From Lingula anatina (lineage: Eukaryota; Animalia; Brachiopoda): a stretch of 64,000 nucleotides of DNA. The position numbers and the translations under genes are program-made. The notes beneath the pieces were generated by a model. The model searched no databases and was not told where the DNA came from. It saw only the letters and a program-made list of their open reading frames with translations. Positions 13,395 through 25,100 of the stretch are shown here, piece after piece. Each line of letters starts with the position of its first letter. Position 1 is the stretch's first letter. The stretch covers positions 14,546,651 through 14,610,650 of the forward strand of contig CM120647.1 in NCBI GenBank assembly GCA_051362555.1. Reading direction: 5' to 3'.

Positions 13395-16059
13395 ATGTCT
13401 GAAGAGACAGAAAACCCGAGAGCCTCCGATCCTATACGATGTCCAACACCTCGTGAAGGAGAAAAGACAGTGGTGCACCTTTCGTCATATCTATCTGTGG
13501 AGTCGGCAGATAGTGAGGCAGATTATTCTGCGGTTACTAATGGCGGTTACACACCATACTGTACGGAAGTACCGGGAAGCTGTGGCGATGCCGATAAGCA
13601 GAATGATTTTTCAAATGCAAACGATGCAAAAAGCGATGGTGCCGACAGTGTTTTCGCCGACGCTGAGCGTCAGTCGACAGGAAGCAGTCAATCTGGAGAG
13701 GCTCCCAGTCCGTTTGAGACGGCAGACGCCACGAAGATTTCAGCCAGTAACCGGAGAACACAATCCTCTTCTTCTTCTTCTGAATCAGGAGTTAGGAGGC
13801 CCTCGCTTGTCGGCGCTTTCACCAGTGCGGCGTCAGGCCACAAACAAACTGGAAACCGCCCTCAGCAAAAGATGGTCCGAAGTAAGTCGACCACGGCGTC
13901 GGATCACGCTCACAAAGATGGCCACTACCGGGACAGCATCGCCAGCCGAATACGCCTCGAGCACGCGCGGACACCCCTGCCGGATCCAGGTCCACCACCG
14001 ATGGACTACTTGACCCCCTTGCAGAAAAAGGACCAAATGATCAAAGATTTGAAAGCGGATCTTAAGGGCGCACAGAACCAACTCGCTGCCATGGAAGCGG
14101 ACAGAGAGAAACGCGACAAGGAGATGGAGGCCACGTGGAAAGCAATCGTCGACGCCAAAGATCGCGAGATTGAGGACCTTAAATGGCGCCTTGACCAGAC
14201 GGAATCGGAAAAAACGGCGCACATGAAGAAAAATGTGGACTTAAGCCAAAAGGTGGTTCAGCTGGAAGATATGATACAGAATCTAAAGGTGATTTTATTT
14301 GTATTAAAAAAAGAAAGAAAGAAAGAAAGATTTAAACAGCATCGCCTTTAAGTGTGGCGACTGTTCGTGCATAATAGATAACGTATTTTAGAGCTATATT
14401 TATATTTGGCATCTCATAATTAGACCCTAACGTCTATTGTTCACTATACGGGAAAATCTATATTGACAGAAAATCACGTGATCTTGGTATGCAGGTGGCA
14501 GAAATTAATCTCCAAGCTATATTAAAAAGGTATTGGGTGAATTGAATTACTTGTATCAACTTATATCGTATTTGTTCCTAAATAATATAATATATGACTG
14601 GTATACCAATTTTAGTACATTTAATCACCATTAGCCGGAAAATAAATAAATAAATAAAATAGAATGCTGACGTCAACTTTCAATTTATATAGTGGTGAAA
14701 TAAGATAATTTTAGACCCCATTCCCATACCTAGATCGATCTAGCGGAATCGGTCAATCTCCGATCGAGGGGATTCTCGCTTAATTGCTTTCAGATTTAGC
14801 GGCTGCGATGTCTGGCACGTCTATTGAAGCTGTTAGGGGGTAATTAACTATCGCTTAGCAGCTTCAGTAGGCGTGTCAGACATCTATGCTGAAAGCAATT
14901 TAGCGAGAATCGCCTTGGAGGAGGACCAATCCCGCTAGATCGATCTAGGTATGGGAATGGGGTCAAAGTCTCTTCCTTAGATAAGAAATGTGAATTGAAA
15001 TGATCTTACGATCCATTAAACGGTCCTAGAATAATAATCTAACCAGCTTCTCTGCGTTTCTCTTTCGAGTAGAAGACGATGCAAAGAAATGACGAAGAGA
15101 CGCAGGCGATGTACTTCAAGATGTATGAGAAGGGGAAAGCTAGTGCCGAATTTGAGCGTCAGGAAGAGGTAGTATATGCAGTCATATTCAATATAACCTG
15201 GCGCAAACCGTTGGCCATTTGTAACGAAACTGAGGGTCCATGTAACAGAAAGTCCGCCCTCCATATAGTTACAATGGTTAGGGTTAGCCTGACCTAAGTG
15301 GGACAAAATCTTGGGCAAGGCTTACCTGTACAAATGAATGGGAAGCGGACTCTCTGTTATGGGGAACTCACTGTCACGTTACACCGGGAAAACTTGCACA
15401 CTAGCTGTTGTTCTTCTATACTACTAGCGGCCCGTACAGTTGAGTATATGCGTAAATAAACTGTCAGGATTATGTATATGTGTGAACATGTCATTAAATA
15501 TGCAAATGCATTTTGGATAGAGAGGCCGCATATTTGAAACCATGACCGGCTGAAGTTTTGCTCATCTATTTCAAAACCGTATGTGCGTAAAACTCATAAA
15601 TTGATGGATCGCATTTGTTTTCTGTTTACGGCTCAACATCAACCTGTTCTACTTATCGGAATATCCTTATTTAAATATACAGTGATCATTTAAATTGGTC
15701 ACATTTTATTTATTTATTTTTAAAACTAGGTTGAAAAACTTGCCGCCGAGGCCCCCCAAACAGTGACCGATCAAGAGATCCTGCGAAAGCTTAAGCGCAC
15801 TGAAAAACAACTCGAGAGATGGCAGTCTTTGAAACGGGATGAAATTTACAAGAACGGCGCGCCAGTGACAGACGCGGAGGTCAAGGTCAGATTTATGAAG
15901 GACGCCATGTTTCACTTTCTAACCGACTCTAAGGATAGACTACAGCATCTGCGGGCTATGGTGAATATATTTGATTACACGGAAGTCCAGAACCAAGTGA
16001 TTGCAGATGCCTTGAAGAAGAAAAAGATCGACGTTTTAAATGCAAATTTTGTGAAATGA
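13395..16059 (+). CDS. Quick-to-court (qtc)-like coiled-coil protein with C-terminal GRIP-like domain
   Basis: Exons 13395-14288, 15073-15168 and 15730-16059, all phase 0 with GT-AG junctions. Ser-rich disordered N-terminus, long heptad coiled coil, MYFKMYEKGKASAEFER, and C-terminal EVKVRFMKDAMFHFLTD...HLRAMVNIFDYT recalling arthropod qtc/GRIP. Probable 5'UTR exon ending at 11225 (GTAAG donor), acceptor 13176-13178. Confidence 0.75.
14713..14966. mobile_element. MITE of the TAGATCGATCTA / AGGGGGTAATTAAC family
   Basis: TIR GACCCCATTCCCATACCTAGATCGATCTAGCGG...CCGCTAGATCGATCTAGGTATGGGAATGGGGTC; core shared with 10335-10746 and 47865-48080. Confidence 0.7.
15215..15388. mobile_element. ~175-bp MITE with internal GGTTAGGGTTAG; copies at 41739-41910 and ~50850-51020
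   Basis: Three homologous copies; imperfect TIR (CCGG)TGTAACG.AAC.GAG.GTC...GTTACACCGG. Confidence 0.65.
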
Positions 16060-16614
16060 ACGGAGCTGAGAGCAGGTGGTCTTAATAAAATTCAGTTTCA
16101 ACACCAGTCTCATAGTTTCGTTAATTCTGAATAGTTAAAACCATCCGTGGAAACTTAATTGTGACATTCAAATAATTAAGTCATAATCAAGGTAAATGGG
16201 TCAAGGACAAGGCCGACAGTTCTGGCAAAAGTCTCCCACAATTTTTGAGTTGTGTGCATCAGTTATGTACAATGTTATCAAAAGTACTACGTTATTAAAT
16301 TATTTTTTTAATTGGGAGGTGGGTGGGGTGGGGTGTAGTCCTGCAAATTAGCAGTACTTTTATTTTTTATTTTTTTTTTTGGGGGGGGGGGAGGGGGGTT
16401 CTCCAACATTCACAATACTTGCACATTTCTCTGTGCTTATCAATGACATTAAACTTTTTTCTTTCACATTTTTTTTTATTTCTGGGTTTTTCTTTTCTTT
16501 AAAACTTTGTACAGAAAATACACCTGAAGGTTAAAAAGTTCTTAACTCAGTCCCAGTTTTAATCTGTACAATTTCTTCCAGTTCTGTACAAACTTCCAGT
16601 TGAAGATATTCAGT

Positions 16615-18810
16615 CTAGTCGAACAATCCTGGAAAACAAAAAATTGAGTACATAAATAAACAGCTCAAATTAAATCTTTGTGATAAATAACAATTCTTAA
16701 AAAAAAAATATACTCACCCCATATAATAGCTTCGAAATAAAAGGTTATATCACTATTCGCAATGCTTTGGAGTTACGGAGCCCAGCTTACTTTCCAGTAA
16801 TCTCTTTAACTAATACTGCATTACTAATTAACCAGACTAGATAGCAGCCCCAGTTTTTAAGATTACTAAGTTTGTAAGTGTCCAGTAGACATTGAAACTC
16901 AGGTGTGTCATCTGAATACTCACCAAAGCCCATATCATCATCAGACTCCTCTGATTCCTCTTTCTTCTCTTCTTTAGCTGAAAAACAAACCATCGGGTTA
17001 GCATCAGTTGACTTCATAAATTATTCTCTGGGGTTTTTGTTTTGTTTTGTTTAGCCAAATCACTTATTTTCATCATTTTTTTTTCTCCAAATGCTTTAAA
17101 TTTGACTAAAACAAATTAGATCAACCCTATTTTGTTTAGCAATTTTAAGTCCACTTAGAATTTGGCTTTATTGGGGAGTGCTAGCACTACATCAGATTCT
17201 AAAATTCTATCTAGTACATTCTCAGGGGAAGAGCCTGGATTGTCTGGTCAGACATGTTGTACCTGGCAATCCTGCTGATCACGACCAGTAAAATTTTCAT
17301 AAAAATTCTGCTCAGTTGATCCAAGGGACCACCAACAATTTAAAGAGCAGTTGTTAAAGTGATAATAACTCTTCGTTTCGACCAAAAAATGAATTTTCCT
17401 GGAGTAAAAAACAATTTTCCCATACTGACCAATGGTTAATGAATCCATTTTTACATTCAAAGTTAGTCCCTGGTTTTTTTCTAAAAAGTTTGGTTTTTTG
17501 TTAAAATCTCTTAAGAGATTTTAACAGAGTATAGCCATCAATGGAGGTCACGTGGTCTAAAGACAAGCTCAGATATCAGAATAATAGCTATAACAGCCGT
17601 TTTTGTGGGAAAACAGAATATATTATATTTTTATGAGCCATTCACAATGTTTTTATTGTGAAATACAGATTTCATACGAAGAGTTATTATCCCTTTAATT
17701 TTTTTTTAAATTTCAGTTAAACTGGGCAAAATATTCTTTTAGTCAGGCAAATTTTTCATAACCATTGGTCCAAATGTCTAGCTGTTTTTGAAAGTTTTTA
17801 CTGGGAGAGACTGAAAGCTGCCACAAGCACTTCACAATCCTTGTTTGGTCATTTATTTAAACCAGACATGATTTGGGTTGTAAGGATAAAGTAGGAAAAA
17901 AATAGGTCAGTGGCCTCAAGACTGAAGGTTTGGGGGGAAGGGATGGTCTCAAGACAGCAAACCACAGTGAAAAAAAATCCTATTTCCCATTTAAATCGAA
18001 GGAAAAATCATGTCTGTTAAACCTCGCTTTGACTTGTACTGCTCATCCCCTCACCTTCCTCTTTGGAGGCACCTGCACCGGCATCACCGGCAGCAGGGGC
18101 AGCACCACCAGCGGCGGGGGCAGCGCCCACTGAGCTTCCAACATTGGAGATCAGATCCTTGATGTTGATCCCCTCCAGAGCCTTGGAGAACAGACCAGGC
18201 CAGTAGGGCTCTACTGAGTAATCAGCTGCCTTCAGGATGGTGGAGATCTTCTCTGCCTGGAAGTAGGTTTACATGATTTAAAATTTGATAGCTGGAAGAG
18301 GAACATCTTTTATTATCTCTTTCTCAAGACCCCACCCCCACCATACACATGCCATCTCTGAGAGGTGCGCCTATACTGAATAGCAACACACAAACTGCAA
18401 AGTGCTCTAATACGCCATCTTCAACATACAAAGTAAAACTGACAAAAAATCATGATTTAGTTAAGGCACTGGAGTATAATGACATATTGCACAAGAGCTA
18501 TGTAATACCACTTCCATGTACTATGTCAAGTCTCGAGTCAAATCAAGGCAACGGCCTATTGGCTGAGATTTTAAGTGGCAAGGCAGGCAAAGCCATACGG
18601 GGATAGAAGACGACGGTTTTCATCGGGTTTCCATGTGAGCAAGGTAAATTTAGGCACTAACTTAAGTAAATATCTGCCGCAGTAGGTACTTAGGGATGTC
18701 ATGCATGTGAAATGCTAGTTGTGAACACATCAACTTACCGTGATCGGTACATCATCATCAGCAAGAATAAGAGCACTGTAAGTGCAAGCTAATTCATCAT
18801 TGCTAGACAT
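16615..18810 (-). CDS. RPLP1: 60S acidic ribosomal protein P1
   Basis: Exons 18810-18739, 18256-18055, 16977-16924 and 16628-16615 translate [53 protein letters not shown]...Ala/Gly hinge...[20 protein letters not shown]. Confidence 0.97.
17358..17694. mobile_element. Kolobok-like MITE, copy 3 (RPLP1 intron 2)
   Basis: TTAA|AGTGATAATAACTCTTCG...CGAAGAGTTATTATCCCT|TTAA. Confidence 0.75.
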
Positions 18811-18914
18811 TCTTGTAGTGTGTTTTTGTTATCCTGTCGGATGGCTTGAAATGACAGTGTATGTCGCCGATTCGGCCTTAGCTCGTTGGAGGACAGTACA
18901 CTTCTCGAACCAAT

Positions 18915-19181
18915 ATGGTGGAAAAGGCCGTGACCCGGAAGTACATCTTGAAGGTCAGGGAGCCGAGATATGCAATATCACGTTAATGGTGTATCATTCA
19001 TAAATAGTCAAGTTATGTACAAAATAAACACAGTTCACTTATATTGTAACTTCTAATACATATGTTATGGGAGAACTTACACAATTTAGATAAAAACAAA
19101 GTTGTTGCCTAACTACATTGAATCGGAAATTACGATACTGCCTAACTGAATGCTGTAAACGTTCCTCCCCTCTTTACAACC
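18915..19181. promoter_or_regulatory. Shared divergent promoter RPLP1/TXNDC5 with 5'TOP-like start
   Basis: Minus-strand pyrimidine tract CCTTTTCC at ~18920-18927 (TOP/TCT-like initiator) and CCGGAAGT ETS site at 18935-18942. The two ATGs are only 371 bp apart. Confidence 0.65.
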
Positions 19182-22100
19182 ATGACGCTGGCGGTCTCTC
19201 GAGGAATCTTAGTGTGCCTCTTGTTGGCGATTTCCAGTAATTCTGCCGACGATGACCATGGGACAAAGGCTTTTAAGTACAACAAAGAGATGTTTGACGA
19301 TAAGGTTCCTCAGAAAGCGCATTTTATAATGTTCTTCGCGCCGTGGTAAGTTGGTCGACAGGTGGCTCATACATGACTTGCTCGAGTCGAAATGGACCTG
19401 TACGTAGTGATACTGTTAGGTATTTTTTCACCAACCGTATGCTTGGTTATATCACACAAATATATACTGAGCCTTTTTGAAAATGCCCTAAAGTCATATT
19501 GTTATATCTAATTAAATAACACTGAAATCTAACAGTTACTGATCCCACCCAATTCAAACTTTAAATTAAAATAAATAAATAAATAAAAAGTTCAATTAAC
19601 ATTACCTGATATTGGAACACAATTATGAATAATTTAGATTTTCTTTCCATTTGAAGTATCTAAAACATCCAATCCAAGTGCAGGGATAGATCATTGAATG
19701 GTCTGCAAGCTGGGGGATTTTTTTTTTCTTGAAGAGCTAGGGGTGCTGCCAAAACATACGTCCCTAGAGGCCCATCCTTGGATCAAGTTATTTTGATTAT
19801 ATATATATAAACCAAGAAATGAGTCAACCACCCCCAAACACAGATTTGCCTTTATTTGGCCTTTAACTCATTACTAGTAGTTTCATTGAAACTACTGAAA
19901 GGTAACCTCATGACTGAAGGATTATCCCCCTGAGTTATAAAAAATACAGTGCTATATGAAATATTTTGTAGAGTGTAGATAAAATCTTAATTTTTCACTC
20001 AAAGCTTGGCTAACCAACATTGGCATGTCTAGTAACTTGATGTGTTTCACTCTGCTGCATATCTCCAGTCTCAATCAACAAGTTTTTTTGTTGACTTTTT
20101 GTTGAGGGAATAAGACAAACAACTGAAGTAAAAAAAAAAAAAATAGACATGATAAAGTCGAATTATAGGAAGAAAAAAGTAATGGATGAGGAAATGAAAA
20201 GCAAATTGAGTGCAAGTAATAGAATAGAAATTAGCATAATAAAGTAACTGTACTAGTACATTAAAGATGGACAACTGTAAACTGTGAGGTCAGTAAGCAC
20301 AGTCATGGTGATCTTTCACCTTCAGTATGGAATGTTCATAGACTTGCAGCTTTCTTAAAATATTTTAATATGTTAATGTGTGGATGATGATAATAAACTA
20401 CTAGTATGTATTATATATTGCTTCACATATAAGTACCCTAAGTTCTAGATTTCAGCTTTATAATGCCCTGACACTCAGGGCACACTTATGATAAGTTGTG
20501 TATTGTACAACTGGTGAACATTAGATTCCATGCTATATTCATATTCTGGACTATGAGGGCATTAGTGTGATGATTTGTGGTGATTATAAATAATGTAGTC
20601 TACTTTATCAGCTCAGCTTCTTATTACTTGTAAACTGCCTTGCATACAGGAACTAGTTTTATCTTCAGTGTAGATTTCAAATCAGATTGGATCATAATTT
20701 GATCAAGGTTATATGCCATTTCTCAGGTCGGGTCAACTTAGGGGGTAAAAAATATCCCCCCACCCCTGTCAAACTGCTGACTACAGGTCATTTCATCAGT
20801 TTCAAGTATGCTTAACCAGGTGCTAGTTAGAAAATAAAAAAATTTTGAACATATTTGTCATTTACCAGGCCCTTAGCCTGTTTCAAGGTTTCAAAAGAAC
20901 CACCCTTTTTGCCAAAAAGGCCCACTCCAGATAAAAATTGATCTAATTACAAAAAGGTTTCATGGTAAACGGTCCACAGTAACAAAAAAAAAAAAAAGAA
21001 CTCTTCCTTGAAATTGCGGGCTACAGGCCTGTCTACAATATCAGACTGTCATCCCTTTGATTGAATCCATTAATTAATCGTTAACAGGTGCGGTCACTGC
21101 CAGCGTCTCAGTCCAGTATGGGACGAGCTGGCCGTCAAGTTCAACACTGACCCGTCCAGTGCGGAGGTACTGATAGCCAAGGTGGACTGCACTGCCGAGA
21201 CTGCCCTCTGCTCCGACCAGGAAGTCAAAGCTTATCCAACGTATGTGTATTATTATAGCTACATTATTATTATGTGGGGTTATTTCTCCATTTTGTACAG
21301 CCTCCTCCTGTTTTAAGTATAGAGTGGTAGTCCATGATATTGAAGTTTTAAAACTGTTCAGTGTATACACTGTGATTGAAAGCATCATCATGAAGTTTTA
21401 AAACTTCACTATCATGAATAACATTATTATGCAGATCAATTTCCATCAGAATGTTAAATGTAGTCTAGCGAGATTTTTGAAAAAAGGCTCTGCATAAGAG
21501 GCAAGGGGCATTTTGGGGTAAAAGTTGGGAACCAGGCTTATTAGCATAATTTTGGGATGCTGAATCCGTTTAACCCGGTTCCCAAGCGAAATTTTGCGTT
21601 TTTAACGGTCTAATTTGCAAAAAAACAAAATGGCCGCCAGATTTCCTATTTTCTGCAATATCTCTGGAACTAGACAGGCAAATATGACAAATGAAGTGTC
21701 TTTACCTATATTTTCGGGGTCGAGGAACATTATTAAGATGTTTCTGTTAAAATTAGATTTACGCAATTTTCCTAAATATGCAAATTAGGATCGCCATTAC
21801 TGAAAAACCGTTTTACTTCTGTATCTCTGTAACTAGGTAAGCAAACTTGACAAATGAAGTGTCTACACCTATGTTATCAGGGTCAGGGAATGTGACAAAT
21901 CAGATGTCTTGTCTGATGGGTAGCACTGACTTTGTGAATCGTGTCCGAGTAGCACCTTTTATTGTTTCTTCCCTGTATCTGTCAAACACTAGTCAATCTG
22001 CTGATAGTTAGAACCTTACGTACGTGTCAGCCAAACTACCAAAGGTCACTGCATTGTCAGGCTTTCCCAGTGAAATCATCAGTGCTTGCCAATCAATTAT

Positions 22101-25100
22101 AAGGCAAGGTGAGCAGAGGCGGATCCAGGATTATTTGAAGGGGGGAGTCCGCGGATGCAAAGCCTCCCCCCCCCCCCCCCCCCCCCCACACACACACACT
22201 TGGCAACGGGTTAGGGGCCTGTTGAAGGGTCACGAACAATTTTGGTATTTAAGAGGGCAAACGGTGCCATTTGGTATGGTTTACAACTACTGTATGATTC
22301 AGCTAGTCAAAATTATAGTTTCAAGAGGGGGACCAGAATTCAAAGGAAGGGGGGGGGGGGTCAGGGCCCCCTTGATCCCACTCCCTCTAAATCCGCCACT
22401 TGGTTAGGAGTCAATCAGTTTAATTTCATCAGGGCAGAATACGTCTTCTGTTAACCTTTCTGTTACAGATTTGGTCTCAAAGAAATCGTTTAGAAGCTTG
22501 AGAAACTGCTCAGACTTGCTATTAACACAGAAATGTTTTCCGTATCGTCAATCATTTAATTGGAATCAATAGAATATCAGAAGATTAAAGTTAAAATTCA
22601 AGAAATTTTGTTAATTAAAATGAAACGATACCAACGGATAACCTAGTAATAAGCTAATGGAAAAATCACTGAAATGGATGAGGTGAGATGTCATCGTGTA
22701 CTTAAAGTATACACATACATATTGACATTTAATATGGAATATTTTAGTTCAAAAGCAAAGTGTTGATAATAAGTAAACTTTTTGAGAAAAATTGATCATA
22801 TACGACAATTGTGATCAGGTATATGTGTAGCCAGGTGTGTTGGTTATTGTTCATTAGGCTGCTTTCTCTGAAGCGCGGTTATATTACGTAATATGTGGCA
22901 GTTTCTCTGAGCAGTCCTCTTTGGCTGGTTACAGAATGCGTATAAAAGGGCAGCAGTTCTGCGGAATAAGTCTCTATATTTCGGCAACATCCAGTCAAAT
23001 AGTTTGATATTTTGCAGACTGTTAGCTGACCTTACGGTATGTGAACTAACGGCAGCAACTTGCCACACCATTGTTGCATTATGCCAGAATGGACTGAAGC
23101 AAACTGCTATTGCCAGAAAGCTGCATGTGTCCCAGGGAGCAGTTTCTAACGTCTTACAGAAACACGCCCAGACTGGTGCATTAACACAGAGACCACGGCC
23201 AGGACGTCCTAAAGTCACCACCAGAAGGGAAGACCGCTTGCTTCTGCGGTTATGTCGCAACAACCGGACAAATACAACTCTTGCTGTAAAAAAATGAGTG
23301 GCAAATTACCATTCAAAAGCATGTTTCTAGAGCTCTAGTGAATGCAAGTCTACTTTTAGTTGGTTACCTCTATTAACAGAGCAACACCAACGTCTGCGTC
23401 TGTGGTGGGCTAGACACCATTTGCGGTTCCAGGCACAGCACTGGGTTCATGTAGATTTTTACAGATGAAGCAGGGTTTTAGTTCCACCACCGTGATGGCT
23501 GAATCAGTCAGTAGGCTTTCAGACGAGTTACTGCACGAGGATTGTGTCACACTACAGTGACTTGTGGCCGTGGCAGTATCTGTGTCTGGGCCGGTTTCCA
23601 CACTGGAGCCAAAACACTATTGGTGACAATTGATGGAAACCTTAACCAGATAAAATAAAGGGACATTTTAGAAAATACTTGCTTGCAATTTGCAAGAAGG
23701 TACTTCCAGGACAACTTCATCCTGCAAGATGACAATGCCCGACCACACCGTGCCCATGCAATAACTGCTTTTCTGCAAAACCAAGAGGTAAACCAGTTGC
23801 TTTGGCCGACGGAATTCCCCTGACATGAATTCTATAGAAAACCTGTGGGCATAAATCGCTAGCAGAATCAAGAGCTTACCCGTCCAGCCAACAAATCGGC
23901 ACACGCTTAGGCAAGCTCTGACTAATGCGTGTAACACAATACTGGATCAAACTCTCAGAAACCTCTCTGCATGGATCCCTCGCCGAGTGAGGGCTCTGGT
24001 TGCAGCTAGAAGAGGCTGCACGCGTTCTTATCAGTTCCCATTTTTCACATTTGTCTTGATGACTCTGTTGAGAAAATCCTTACCAACTGATATTCTTGAT
24101 AATATCGAGTTCATAAGTATTTAATACCTTGTTGTTATCAGCTGTAAAATTATCCATGCGCTGTTTATAACGCTGATTTGAATACGTATTTAAATTAAAT
24201 TTTTGATGATGTATTCACACGGGTTGATTTATTAAAGCCATATGGAACATGATAACAAGTGTTTTTCATCCATCAATAATATATGGGAAAAAATCAAAGA
24301 AAATATGTTTGAAAAAAAAACTCCATTTAAATGTCAAGTCCGTACATTGCATCACATGAATTACTTGATTCAGCAAATCCCTCCATTGCATTAATAAGGA
24401 AATCTTTTTTTAAATCTAGGTAAAAGGGGCAGTTGTGTGATCCAATATGTTCACATCCCAATGGCAGCGCAGTATTTAATTGGGAAATTCAATTCAGATT
24501 CGAATAATTGCTACAGTGTCACAGTGTAGCACTCATTGCTGATTTGATTATAGTGAAAATGTCTTAACCACTTTCCCTAACGCTGAAAACATAGGTGTGG
24601 GCACTTCATATATCATGTTTGCTTGCCTAGTTAACGTAAGAGCAGTTCTGAAGGCAGGTTCTAACTATCACCAGATTGACTTGTGTTTGACAGATACAGG
24701 GAAGAAACAATAAAAGGTGCTACTCGGACACGATTCACAAAGTCAGTGCTACCCATCAGACAAGACATCTGATTTATCACATTCCCTGACCCTGAGAACA
24801 TAGGTGTAGACACTTCATTTGTCATGTTTGCTTGCCTAGTTATAGAGATACAGAAGTAAAACGGTTTATCAGTAATGGCGATCCTAATTTGCATATTTAG
24901 GAAAATTGCGTAAATCTAATTTTAACAGAAACATCTTAATAATGTTCCTCGACCCCGAAAATATAGGTAAAGACACTTCATTTGTCATATTTGCCTGTCT
25001 AGTTCCAGAGATATTGCAGAAAATAGGAAATCTGGCGGCCATTTTGTTTTTTTGCAAATTAGACCGTTAAAAACGCAAAATTTCGCTTGGGAACCGGGTT

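Noticed and set aside
13453-14224. Overlapping or antisense ORFs over the qtc-like exon (similarly 7799-8080, 60854-61174)
   Set aside because: These are shadow frames of real GC-richer coding exons with no recognisable motifs.
17237-17272. Short hairpin GGATTG...CAATCC in RPLP1 intron 2 as an ncRNA
   Set aside because: Only ~36 nt, pairs better on the antisense strand, and has no box motifs.
23004-24030. Active or domesticated Tc1 transposase
   Set aside because: Multiple frameshifts and stops through the DDE domain.
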